From NCBI RefSeq assembly GCF_028641065.1, contig NC_073385.1, positions 13,454,001-13,518,000 on the forward strand: 64,000 bases of DNA, in the 5' to 3' direction. Position 1 is the first letter of the stretch. Each line of letters opens with the position of its first letter. Source of the DNA: Leucoraja erinacea (taxonomy: Eukaryota). Below are positions 14,401 to 26,100 of this stretch, piece by piece. The position numbers were made by a program, and so were the translations under genes. The notes beneath the pieces are model-generated. The model ran no database searches and was not told the origin of the DNA. It saw only the letters and a program-made list of their open reading frames with translations.

Positions 14401-17400
14401 AAAACTTTTTCAGCCAGAGAGTTGTGAATTTGTGTAATTCTCTGCCACTGAAGGCAGTGGAGGCTAATTCACTGGATGAATTTAAAAGAGAGTTATGGGC
14501 CTGTCCAACCTACGCGACTTTTTTGGCGACTGCCGGCACCCGTCATAGGTCGTTGCAGGTCGCCGAAAATGTTCAACATGTTGAAAATCCAGCGGCGTCC
14601 AGAAAGACTCTACGACTCTTTGGGCGACAGAGGAGATTACTCACCACCATACAGGCAACACTCTGGCGACATGTCGCGAGATGAAGCTTGTATGATTGTG
14701 AGTAGTCGCCCAAAGAGTTGTACCTTGTTCTGGTCGCTGCTGGATTTTCAACGTTGAAAATTTTTGGCGACCTGCACGACCTATAATTTCTGCCGGCAGT
14801 CGCCGAAAAAGTCGTGTAAGTGGGACAGGCCCATTAGATAGAGGTCTAGGGGCTGAATCAAGGGATATGAGGAGAAGGCAGGCACGGGTTACTGATTGTG
14901 GATGATCAGGCATGATCACAATGAATGGCGGTGCAGGCTCGAAGGGCCAAATGGCCTCCTCTTGCACCTCTTTTCCATGTTTCTATATTGCAAACAGTAG
15001 TGCAAATTTGGAATTCTTTGCTCAAAAAGGTGATGGAAAAGGAAGAAAACATTGATAAAGTACAAGGGCGGGTATCTGAAGCTGCACAATTTAAGGCTCT
15101 GGACTGGGAAGTGGGATGATCTAAAATAAACCTTTTTTAATCGCTAGTATGGATTCAACAGACATTGAGCTCCTTCTGTGCTATCATGATTCTATGCTTT
15201 TTTTTAAAATCATATCCATGATTTTTATATCTACAAATCAAGAGGCGACCATTTGAACTTTGCACATCATGGGCACAAGAAACGCAATTGTTTTTAAAAG
15301 GGTGAACAATAATTGATGTACTTTGTCATTAGTGGATGAGAGGAAAGAAAGGGCTTTAGGAACATGTTATAATTATACAAAGGGTTCCTTTTTTATTCAA
15401 ATTGTAGTTTTCTCATAATTCATTCCTGCCTGAAGCATAAATCAATTGTTTTTTTATTACATGAAACGGAGATACACTCAATTCCTTGGGTCGCATGTTT
15501 ATTCACGATATTAGCCAAATATTCTGTGGTGGGCGATTTGATTCCAAAGAGAAAGCGAGTGGTAAAAGATTGAATGCAAGGGTAAGCAATTAAATATAGG
15601 AAGTGGCAAAAGCAGATCAGAATCAATCTCATCTCTCACTTTTCCAATAATTGTGGTGGCTCCAGCTGAAGCAGACCTTTCTCCTTTGATATAACAGTAG
15701 TTAGCAACCAGACAAACAGCCCACCCCCCCTTCAAATATGCTCAACATCAGTTTAGTTTAGTTTATTATTATCACGTGTGCCCAAGGTTCAGTGAAAAGC
15801 ATTTGTTTGCCTGCTATTCTCATCATAAGTCTATACATGATCACAATGAAGCGGTCCACGGTGCACAGATGATAATGAGTATAATAGTCAGTTCAAAGGT
15901 CTCCATTGAGGTAGATGGGAGGTCTAGCTAATGAGAACCATGCCACAATCTGAAAAAGCTGTATATGCACCTGTAAAGTAAATGAATAAATACAAAAGTG
16001 CAATAATGCTGTGCATCTATTACCGTATTTCCCTGCAATGAAGACTCACCTGCGTCGATGACGCACCCCCAGTAGCTACCCGCCAACCACAACCACCACC
16101 AGTTGCGCCTGTGCCGAAGGACACCGTGGCTGGCAGGCGCTGAGGTGGTGGCCGGTTCCACTGTCCAGTCCCGGCGGCTGCTCGCAGCCACCCGAGCTGC
16201 TGAGTTGCTGGCATGATCCCCGACCCCCTCCTTCTCAAAGCTCCTACCCTCCCCGCAACTTTACTCCTGGCGGCTCAGCCAAGTTTGCTACTTTGTGCTG
16301 TCCCGGGCCAGAATCCCCACACGCTGTGAATGGAAATCTCCCCCCCCCTCCCCCGCCCCCAGCGGTGCTGTCCTTTTAAATCAGCTGCCAGCAATGAGGC
16401 ATAGACTTGGCTATCCCTCAGTAATGCAACATCGTTCTTGATGTTGCTGTACTGAGGGATAGCCAAGTCTATCTTTCTTGGCTAACAATCTAACTAATTC
16501 GGCCTCCAAGACACAGATACATTTTCGGGCCTTATTTTAGGGTAAAATATAGCGTCTGAATTGCCGGGAAATATGGTACTTTCTGTGCTCATCCCCAATC
16601 CTAGAAGTAATTCTTAATATGTAGAAGAATAGGTAACGTAACCTCTTGAGCTCTTCCCGTCATTCAATTAGATCATAGCCAACAAAATGTGTAGGAAGGA
16701 ACTGCAAATGCTGGTTTACACCAAAGATAGACACAAAATGCTGGAGTAACCCAGTGTGACACGCAGCATCTCTGGAGAGAAGGGTCTGAAGGGTCTGAGA
16801 CTGAGGGTCTGAAGAACTTAGTCTGAAGATGCGTCTCGAACCGAAACATCACCGGTTCCTTCTATCAAGAGATGCTGAGTTTCTCCAGCATTTTGTGGCT
16901 ATCTAGATCATAGTTAAGCCAGGCTCGTCCGAATATTTTAATTTTTCTTTCATTCCTTTGTAGCTTTCATAAATCATATCTTGGATTTAAAATTAATAAA
17001 TGAGCTATCAATTGCAATTTACTGAGCAGACTTCCAATTTTTTTCACACACTTATGAATGATTTTTAATATAGTAAATTTATAGCCAAGTATGGAAATAG
17101 AAGTTTAAGATTAATCTCTTCAATGAAAACCAACAAAGCTGCAGATGCCGTAAATCTGAAATATAAACAGAAAATACTGGAAACACCCAGAAGCCAAACA
17201 GCATTCTGTACCAAAGTAACAGATACAATTTTAGCTTCAGGATTCTTTATCATAACTGGATCTCCCAAATTGCTTAAATCTATCAATTTCTTAAATCCTG
17301 CTGTCTTTTCAAAATTTAGACTATTAGTTGACTGGCAAAGAAACCAATTAAGCTAAATCCCTCTACAGGAAAAACAGAAATGCACGATTGGAAAGTACTG

Positions 17401-20400
17401 AAAGAAAATTTGTGTATATTATTACTGGAGGTATCTTGCAGGAATATGGTTTAAATTAGATTTATCAATTTACATTGCTATGGTTTGCAAATTGCAACTT
17501 CATATTAATTGTTAAAGTTACTTCAAATAATTTTCTTCCTCTCCCCCTCCCCCCCCACCTCACAACCTCCCAGCACAAAGTAGAAATAAAATCACAGGGA
17601 AAGGGATTATAGAAGGGTAAAATAAAATCAAACTTTAGAATGATAATAAGATGTTGAGTTGCTGCTCTCTTTAGTGCAGAGAGTTAGTCTTCCTGAAGTC
17701 TAAAGTCCAGTGAAAAATCAAAAAGCAGATGCTGAAAAAGTAAAATTAGAACAGAAAATGATGGAAGCACTTAACAGCTTAGTCAACATCCTTAGGAAGA
17801 CAGATAGTGTTAATGTTTCAGGCTGAAGATCCTTTGCAAGGACTGAAATAAAAATGAGAAATCAACAGTTTAAATTTGCTGAGAAGGTGGAAAAGGACAG
17901 AATAGAACAAAGGGAGTATCTCTGACAGATGAAGCTGGGAGCGCCGTGGCATAAGGAGTGAAAGTGTGGCCAATGGGAAAAATAAGGTTGTTAGAGTCAG
18001 AAAGAACACAAGTAAAGGGACATATAAACACAGTGAAATGCCAAGCCTTAAAGCAAGGGTTCCAAACCTGGGGTAAATTTACCACCAGGGGGTAAATTTG
18101 TTGATTCTGGAACTTAAAATACTAATGTTAAAAACAGTATTTTAAAATGTCCCCTTTGCCGGTTGCTTTATTATGGTAGAAGTGTAAACTCCAATTACTG
18201 AACAAAACAGGGTGGGGGTAAATTTACTTTCGAAAAGTTGCCAGGGGGTAAACGGGACGAAAAAGGTTGGGAACCCTTGGTTTAAAGAATGCCCAGCATG
18301 TTTGGGCATGCCACTGATGGCAAAAAACAGATTAATTTTACAGATGGGTGACCTACACAGGACAGGTCAGTTCTGGTACAAACAGAGAGAGCAAGTTACC
18401 TGAAACTGTTGCATTTGACAACAAGTCCAAAAGGCCACTTGAGGTGCTATTTCTCAAGCTTACATTGGGCCTTTGTTTTACACAGCAGAAAACCAGAGAC
18501 AGATAGATCAGAGCGGGACTGGGATAGAGCGTTAAGTGACAAGCCACTGAGAGCTCTGGGTCACCCCTGTGGACGTGACATAGCTGCTCTGCAAAGTGGT
18601 CACCCAAACTGCATTTGGTTTCCCTGATATAAAGGAGGCATTGTTAGCACCAAATGCAATGGACCAGGTTGGAAGGAGTGTCAATGAACCACTGCCTCAC
18701 CTGATAAGTGACATGTTTCTGAACCTGGTTAATCGCAGAATGATTACAGCACGGGCAGCCATTCAGCCTGTTGAGCCTTTACCAGCAATATGTAAGGGCA
18801 GACACAAAAAGTTTGAGTAACTCAGTGGGTCAGGCAGCATCTCTGGAGAAAAGGAACAGGTTGAGCTTCAGATCATCCACATCCACATCCTCTCCCGCCC
18901 TACAAATTCTCTCTTTTCTAATAGATAATCAATTCCTTTTTGAATTATCCAACTGAAGTTGTCCCTACCAGTGGCTTGGAAGTGCATTCCAGATCCTAAC
19001 TACTCACCATGTGAGAATATTCCTATATCACTTTTGATTCTTTTGCCAATAATTTTCACATTTTATGATTCAATTCTTCCCAGCCACAAAGAAAGGTTTC
19101 TCTCTAACAATGCCCTGAATGATTTTAAATGCCTCTTTAAAATTTACTCGCAGACTCCTCTGTTCCAACGAGCTTCTCCAGACTATGCACTTAAATTAAA
19201 TCCCTCATCCCTTGAAAAACGGTACACTCCCTGGTCTTTCATCTATCTATATTATTAAATCTCTGATCTTGACCGCTTTTGGCCGACTGTGCTGCAATTT
19301 CCGAGAGAACGCCGCCACCTCCGGCCGTCATTTTTGGCCACCTCGCTCAGAGCCCCCCTCCGCCGTATGAGTGTGGAGGATTTTTTCCGTTGATTAAAAA
19401 TTAGAGAGATATTAATGTTTTTACAAAATTCCCCATTCTCTCTGCTGCCCCCGCTGGCGGCAGGGTGGGGGGACTATAAAACCAGGAAGTGTCGTGCCTC
19501 ACTCAGTCTCTGCCAGACCAGGAAGCGAGAGGGTCACTGTTCTTTGAGCTGCGAATAACACTGAACGCACATCTACTCCACGGTGAGTCCCCTCGATGCG
19601 GCTGTAAAGTGGCTGCAGCCCTTTTTTAAAAGTTTGTGTTGACAAATTGAATTTTGGTTGTCGGGTGTCTGCAGCCCAATTGTTTGCCTCACCTTTTTTT
19701 TAACAAGTTTGTGTTCACAAAATGAATTTTGCTTGTCAGGTGGCTGCAGCCCCATTGTTTGCCTTGGCTTGGCTTTTAAAATCGTTGCAACAGTTGGATG
19801 CCTGCCCAAGCATCCATACGGCCCACAATGTCTATACTAGCCCTCTGGAAACCAGTACCTTCAGCCCGCAACAACCATACTAGCGCAACAGACAGCCCCC
19901 CCCCCCACTGGCGAGCAGTATGGAATTGGTGGAGAGGTGGAATATTGCGTTGGTGACCAGCCCTCCCATGTGATGCTGGGACCCAACGGGTCCCACTTAG
20001 TCTAGTCTCTACTAAAGTGTGGCACTCAGAACTGGAAATAACTCAATCTGTAGCTGAACCCATGATTTTTAAACATTTACTTTGACTTCTTTGCTATTAC
20101 TGCTTTATATTTCTATTAATACAACCACAAGATCTTTTATAACAGGTTAATGGCCCTGTTACTTTCAATAAACAATGCACATAAAACCAGAGGGATATAT
20201 TTTACTTTCCCAAATATTAATTGGGATTGCCTTAACGTTAAAGGTTTGGATGGGGTGAAAATTTATAGGTGGGTCCAGGAGAGCTTTTTTGCAATTTTGC
20301 GACATCAACCGCCTCAACTTCTCCACTCCCCTGTCTCACTCCAATCTCTCCCCCCCCTCCTCTCTCTCCCCATCCCCACTCGTAACAAGGGCAGAGTCCC

Positions 20401-22873
20401 CCTAGTCCTCACCTTTCACCCCACCAGCCGTCACATACAACAAATAGTCCTCTGTCATTTCCGCCACCTCCAACGTGACCCCACCACTCGCCACATCTTT
20501 CCATCTCCCCCGCTGTCTGCTTTCCGCAAAGACCGCTCCCTCCGTAACTCCCTTGCCAATTCTTCCCTTCCCTCCCGCACCACCCCCTCCCCGGGCACTT
20601 TCCCTTGCAACCGCAAGAGATGCTACACTTGTCGCTTTACCTCCCCCCTCGACTCCATTCAAAGACCCAAGCAATCGTTCCAGATGCGACAGAGGTTCAC
20701 CTGCACCTCCTCCAACCTCATCTATTGCATCCACTGCTCTAGATGTCAGCTGATCTACATCGGTGAGACCAAGCGTAGGCTTGGCGATCGTTTCGCCGAA
20801 CACCTCCGCTCGGTCTGCATTAAGCAACTTGACCTCCCGGTGGTTCAGCACTTCAACTCCCCCTCCCATTCCGAATCCGACCTCTCTGTCCTGGGCCTCC
20901 TCCATGTCCAGAGTGAGCACCACCGGAAATTGGAGGAACAGCACCTGGTATTCCGTTTGGGCAGTCTGTACCCTAGTGACATAAACATCGAATTCTCCAA
21001 TTTCCGGTAGCCCTTGCTGGCTCCTCCCCTTCTCAGCTCTCCCTCAGCCCTCTGGCTCCTCCTCTTCCTTTTCCCTTTCTTCTTCCCCCCGCCCCCCCCC
21101 CCCCCCCCCACCCTCCATCAGTCTGAAGAAGGGTTGCCTATTTCCTTCGCGCTCCATAGATGCTGCTGCACCCGCTGAGTTTCTCCAGCACTTTTGTCTA
21201 CCTGAGCATTTTTGCACAGTATGAATAAAGAACAATGAGGGAGGAAGCATTATGAGATCTTATCTGGGGGAACATGGCTGTACAAGTGGGGAAGGTATAA
21301 ACGGGGAATCATTTTGGAGATAGTGACCATAGTTCCATACGTTGAAGTGTTTTTGGAAAATGATTGGGATGGGTCAGTAATAAATGCTGGAGTAACTCAG
21401 TGGAACAGGCAGTATCTATGGATAGAAGGAATGGGTGATGTTTCGGGTTGAGACTCTTCTTCAGACTGAAGGGATTGTTTAAAGCCCAGTCACTCATCCT
21501 TTTTCCCCAGAGATGCTGCCTAACCCACTGAGTTACTCCAACTCTTTGTGTCTAGCTGTGGGTGGACAAAGTCAGGCAACTGGTAGTTTAGCTTAGTTTA
21601 TTATGTTGTCAAGTGTTCTGAGGTGCAGTGAAAAACTTTTGTTTGCATTCTATCCAGTCAGAGAAAAGAATCAAAGAACTGTCGATGCTGGTTAATATAC
21701 AGAAGGACATAAAGTGCTGGAGTAACTCAGCGGGTCAGGCAACATCTCTGTAGAACATGGAATATGTGACATCTGAAGAAGGTTTGTGACCCGAAACGTC
21801 ACCTATCCATGTGAGAATCATTCAGCATGGAAACAGGCTCTTTAGCCCAACTGGCCCACACCGGAAAACATGTCCCAACTACACTAGTCCCACCTGCCTG
21901 TGTTTGGTCCATATCCCTTCAATCCTGTCCTATCCATGTACCTGTCTAACTGTTTCTTAAAACGTTGGGATAGTCCCAGCCTCAACAACCTCCTCTTGCA
22001 GCTCGTTCAATACACCCACCACCCTTGGTGTGAAAAAGTTACCCCTCAGATTCCTATTAAATCTTTTCCCCTGTACCTTAAACCCATGTCCTCTGGTCCC
22101 CGATTCACCTACTCTGGGCAAGAGACTCTGTTCTCCAGAGAGGCTGCCTGACCTGCTGAGTTACTCCAGCACTTTGTGTCTTGTCTTATAAACCAGCAGC
22201 TGCAGTTCCTTGTTTCATGCACACTTTCCACTGCAAGTAATAATCTCATTGTTTTTTATCTCGGATATATGGCAATAAAACTCTCTCTCCCTCTCATTTC
22301 TCTGTTCTGTCTCTCCCTCCCTGNNNNNNNNNNNNNNNNNNNNNNNNNNNNNNNNNNNNNNNNNNNNNNNNNNNNNNNNNNNNNNNNNNNNNNNNNNNNN
22401 NNNNNNNNNNNNNNNNNNNNNNNNNNNNNNNNNNNNNNNNNNNNNNNNNNNNNNNNNNNNNNNNNNNNNNNNNNNNNNNNNNNNNNNNNNNNNTGTCTCT
22501 CTCTCTGTTCTGTCTCTCCCTCTCTGTTCTGTCTCTCTCTCTCTGTTCTGTCTCTCTCTCTCTCTCTGTCTGTCTCCCTCTCTGTTTCTCTCCCTATCTC
22601 TATCTCCCTCTCCCCCTCCCTCCCCGAGTGATAGGTGGTTACAGGAGGCAGGTCTGGGCTGCAGTCTTTCACTCTCACACACACACACGCCGGCGGGTTT
22701 CTACCATTCACCGACACACAACCGGCACCTACTTTGAGATTTTTCTGAGCTCTGGAAAAGTCGAGCACGGCGGAGAGGTCTGGCGGGGGTTTGCGCCTCT
22801 TGTAGTACTTGAAGAGCCTCCTGAAGGCGTCCTCGCCTTGTTGCTCCAGCCGCCCGGCCGCCGCCATCGCCAT
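2260..22873 (-). CDS. ALKBH1: AlkB homolog 1 (nucleic acid dioxygenase), 5' part: coding exons 1-3; the gene continues beyond the left edge
   Basis: Exons 22873-22733, 5773-5665 and 2422-2260 have GT/AG boundaries and compatible phases (0, 1, 2). Spliced product [27 protein letters not shown]...NLK|VLIAPL...[17 protein letters not shown]|[38 protein letters not shown]...DLWEQS matches the vertebrate ALKBH1 N-terminus. Head-to-head with SLIRP as in other vertebrates. Confidence 0.95.
2845..3432 (+). repeat. CpG-rich non-autonomous retroelement-like repeat
   Basis: GC-rich body, shared motif ggccc.acca.ggg...ggact...tgcc, (TAT)n tail. Confidence 0.55.
3470..4100 (+). mobile_element. CR1 LINE 3' fragment
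   Basis: [18 protein letters not shown] and YSLE remnants. Confidence 0.8.
4140..4436 (-). mobile_element. V-type SINE
   Basis: Reverse complement of the same consensus. Confidence 0.7.
5665..5773 (-). CDS. ALKBH1: ALKBH1 exon 2
   Basis: cctcttcag|[37 protein letters not shown]|gtaatg, 109 nt. Confidence 0.9.
6910..9431 (+). mobile_element. Young 5'-truncated CR1-clade LINE (endonuclease C-terminal part + reverse transcriptase), several frameshifts
   Basis: [17 protein letters not shown] and SDHN (APE endonuclease); [29 protein letters not shown] and YADD (RT); [17 protein letters not shown] and FFTQRVV..WN.LP (CR1 C-terminus). ORF2 is split over track ORFs 7043, 7503, 8588 and 8970. Confidence 0.95.
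9570..9840 (-). mobile_element. V-type (HE1/MER6-like) SINE
   Basis: tRNA-like head with B box ggttcgatccc, core ctgtacagagtt...gttctccccgtgac and CR1-like tail. Confidence 0.75.
11075..11368 (+). mobile_element. V-type SINE
   Basis: Same consensus; (CTAAA)n tail. Confidence 0.7.
12580..13205. mobile_element. Two nested, oppositely oriented V-type SINEs
   Basis: Plus copy 12580-12825 resumes at ~13155; minus copy at ~12827-13150. Confidence 0.75.
13495..13920 (+). mobile_element. Rex1/Babar-like LINE 3' fragment
   Basis: [16 protein letters not shown]...KKLQRVV. Confidence 0.75.
14270..14985 (+). mobile_element. CR1 LINE 3' fragment (interrupted by a Harbinger-type MITE)
   Basis: Same 3' region as 55170-55720 and 56835-57325. 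Confidence 0.8.
14496..14833. mobile_element. PIF/Harbinger-type MITE
   Basis: Long TIRs (tgggcctgtcc...tgccggca / tgccggca...ggacaggccca); TTA duplicated at both ends; splits a CR1 fragment. Confidence 0.85.
16021..16579. mobile_element. Tc1/mariner-superfamily MITE
   Basis: TA-ccgtatttccctgcaatgaagac ... gtctgaattgccgggaaatatgg-TA, imperfect ~23-bp TIRs with TA duplication. Confidence 0.75.
18054..18279. mobile_element. hAT (Charlie-like) MITE
   Basis: TIRs caagggttccaaacct / aggttgggaacccttg; imperfect 8-bp TSD ccttaaag/gtttaaag; repeated ggggtaaattt subterminal motifs. Confidence 0.75.
18340..18720 (-). mobile_element. Older Penelope-like GIY-YIG fragment
   Basis: GDHFAEQL...ELSVACH remnant. 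Confidence 0.6.
19242..20005 (+). mobile_element. Non-autonomous Helitron
   Basis: A|TCTATCTATATTATTAAA 5' end; subterminal hairpin tgggaccc-aac-gggtccca (19977-19995); CTAG|T 3' end; no TSD. Confidence 0.8.
20294..21203 (+). mobile_element. Penelope-like retroelement (Neptune-type) 3' fragment with an open GIY-YIG endonuclease frame
   Basis: [10 protein letters not shown], Cys linker [36 protein letters not shown], stop at 21010, then the terminal-repeat sequence. 13-bp TSD gagc(t/a)tttttgca at 20281 and 21204. Confidence 0.9.
22281..22625. repeat. CT/TCTG-rich microsatellite containing an assembly gap (170 N, 22324-22493)
   Basis: Directly visible. Confidence 0.95.
22733..22873 (-). CDS. 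ALKBH1: ALKBH1 exon 1 (coding part)
   Basis: 47 codons including [12 protein letters not shown]; donor AAA|GTAGGT. Confidence 0.9.
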
Positions 22874-23084
22874 CGTCCCGCCTCGCCGCCGAGGAGGAGG
22901 AGATCACAACGGCGCCGCCACGACCCGGACACAAACCCACGCTCATCACCGCCTTCGGGGGAAAACAAACCCCACTCGTGGTGTTTTTTAAAGTGTTATT
23001 TTGCCGGGGGTGTGTGTGTGTGTGTGTTTGTTTGATCGCCGTGGCCCTGGGTCGGAGGTGGGAGGTCATCGTCACAGAGACGGC
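22874..23084. promoter_or_regulatory. Bidirectional CpG-island promoter shared by ALKBH1 and SLIRP
   Basis: Divergent ATGs are separated by only 211 bp. CpG-rich from ~22680 to ~23230; (TG)n tract at ~23010-23027. Confidence 0.85.
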
Positions 23085-23166
23085 ATGATGGCGGCGACAG
23101 CGGCGGCTTCTTCGAGGAAAGTCTTCGAGATCTTCGTCTCTCGCGTCCCCTGGACTCTGGCCAGCA
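23085..23166 (+). CDS. SLIRP: SLIRP exon 1 (coding part)
   Basis: [27 protein letters not shown]; donor A|gtgagt. Confidence 0.92.
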
Positions 23167-26100
23167 GTGAGTGGCGTCTCTTTTCACTCAGTCTCTGCTG
23201 CTGCTGCTCGGGCTTCGGCCGAATGTTATTTTTATTTCTAAAAATAAATACATGTGCGGGTTGTGTTTAGATTGTGGCGATGGAGGGAGCTTAAGATGAA
23301 GCTTAGGTTTGGCAGCACTGGGCCTGGAGTTTAGCAGGGTGAAAGGTAGGGGGGGGGACCTCATTGAAACATCATACATACAGAATAGTGAAAGGCATGG
23401 ATGTGGAGAGGATGTTTCCACCAGTGGGAGAGTCTAGGACTAGAGGTCACAGCCTCTGAATTAAAGGACGTTCCTATAGGAAGGAGATGAGGAAGAATTT
23501 ATTTAGAGGGTGGTGAATCTGTGGAATTCGTTGCCACAGAAGGACGTGGAGACCAAGTTAATGGATATTTTAAAGGCAGAGATGGATAGATTCTTGATTA
23601 GTACTGGTGTCAGGGGTTATGGGGAGAAGGCAGGAGAATGGTGTTGAGAGGGGAAGATTGATCAGCCATGATTGAATGGCGGAGTAGACTTGATGGGCCG
23701 AACGGTCTAATTCTGCTCCTGTCACTTATGTAGGGCCCCAACCCCGAGTATGGCAGCTCCTCCTTGCCCATTGCCCCCTGGACTCAATGTGTGGCTGTAT
23801 TTATGTTGAAATTAAAACTGGAGCTGTTAGAAACACTCAGTACGTCGCTCAGCATCTGTGGAAGGAGAAATGTATTTGTGTCATTTAGAGAGGTTTATGT
23901 TGAAGACCGCCATAATGTGTAGGAAGGAGCTGCAGATGCTGGTTTACAGTTTACACTCAAAATGCTGGAGTAACTCAGTGCAACAGGTAGCATCTCTGGA
24001 GGGAAGGAATGGGTGATGTTTCTGGTCGAGACCCTTCTGAGACCGAGGCTGAAGAAAGGTTTAGACCTGAAAAATCACCCATTCCTTCTCTCCAGAGATG
24101 CTGCCTGTCCCATTGAGTTACTCCATCCTTCATCAGAGGATTTAATTTGGGAATTTCAATGTAACTGGATATTTGTGAAGATAAATGACAAATTCAGAGC
24201 AAAAATAAAACAAACTGCTGGAGGAACTCAGCGGGTCAGGCAGCATACGTGGAGGGGAGATATCTAGTAGCGAGAGCTGAGGAGAAGGGATGGGGGCAAG
24301 AAATAGGTGAATACAGGGGTAAGGAATGGCCAATGAGGTAGAGTAAATAACTGCCTCCACCCTCAGACGGTGGTGGAGGCAGGTTCTCTGGCTGCTTTCA
24401 AGAGAGAACTAGATCGAGTTATTAAAAATAGCGGAGCCGGGGGATATGGGGAGAAGGCAGGAACTGGGTACTGATTGGGAATGATCAGCCATGATCACAT
24501 TGAATGGCGGTGTTCTATGTTTCCTCAGTAATTTGTTTTTTACTCATGATTTTCGTATCTTCAGTCAACAATTAATAATGTAGGGCTGTTTCGACCACTA
24601 ACAAAGGATCTTCAACATTAGTTTTCTTTCTCTTTGCATAGATGCTACCAGACCTGTTGAGTGTTTGCAGCATTTTATATTTTTATTTAGTAATTCCAGC
24701 ATCTATGTTTTTTTCATTAAAATGTTAATACTGTTGATGGTTGGGAACTTGCTGGTAAAGGAGGGTGTCAATTGGAACTTTTGGAAATAAATTGATGGGT
24801 ACCCAAGAGATGGTAATTATAGGAACATGGGGAGTGGGGTTAAAATTGGGGTGCCTATACTCTCTTGTTTCAAAGGAAAATACGCTGTACCTAAGATCCT
24901 TAAGAGGTGCTGTATTTATTTTAATTTACTCATTTTCTGCATCTGGAATAATCTTTTGTTCATTGACTCCAGGATCCATTCTTGCAGTGTGTGGCACTGG
25001 TGGATTATTACTGATTTGTGTGAACTCATTTGAAAGTACCTTTCAAAGAGAATTTCCAGGAACTACCAGAATCTTTCTTAGCAAGAGGAAAATGATCCCT
25101 GTCCACTGTGTGAACCTTGTATTCGAAGTACAGTGTTGACTTAATGGATTGATCTACAAGGGATTGGCATGGATACAGTGAGCCTAACTACATCCCCATC
25201 TGTTGATACAATTCAAATTATCCTCATCGAAGTTAGTCCCATTTGTGTGGGAATATGTGTATATCACGCTAAACATTTCTTCTCCATATACTTGTCCAAA
25301 TGTTTTTTTGAAATGTGTGTGCATCAACCACTTTGTTCCATAGCTTTTGTGTGAAAAAATTGCTACTTGGGTTCTCGGCTCTCTCCTTAAATCTGTGCCC
25401 TCTAGTTCTTGACTCCCTGATCCTGGGAAAAAGACTGTGCATTCACTCTATCTATGCCTCTCGTGATTTTATACATCTCTATAATTTCACCCCACAGACT
25501 CTTAACATTCCTAAGATTGAAGTCCATGCCTGCCCAGCCTCTCCCTCTGACCGAATCTCTCAATACCTGGCAACATTCTTGTAAAGGTTTTCTGGACATT
25601 TCCAGTTTAATGGCTTTTTCCCTATAACGGGGTGACCAAAAGTTATCAGACTTTTCTAAATGTGGCCGTACTAATTATGTACACAAGTGCAACATAACGT
25701 AAACTGTCATATTCTAGTTCATTTCTTAGTGAGATGCCTGGAAGGAGATTTCTAAACTGGGAAACTTGTATTGAAAGCAGAATTGGGAAAAGTTAGTGGT
25801 TCAAAAATATCTGTACACTGTACGTTCAAGGAAATATTTATATATTTAATCTATAATATTTTTAGTCAGTATATTATTGGATGAATAAATCTGTATTTTT
25901 GCAGAAGAAATCAAGGAATATTTTGGACAGTTTGGGCCAGTGAAGAAATGTCTGCTTCCATTTGTAAGTATTTAATTACCTTCAATCGTATCCATTTTAA
26001 TTGGCATAAGCTAAAAGTTTGTTTCCTATTTTCAGTAGATTTGGCTGTATTTTTCAATTTTCAATGTCAATTAAAAGGCGTCCGTCTAGATACACCATTG

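Noticed and set aside
20402-20944. 180-aa minus-strand ORF
   Set aside because: Antisense shadow of the Penelope GIY-YIG frame
22176-22732. Long ORFs crossing the N gap, including the extension of ALKBH1 exon 1
   Set aside because: Read-through into an intronic (GA)n/(CT)n tract and unknown bases past the donor at 22732
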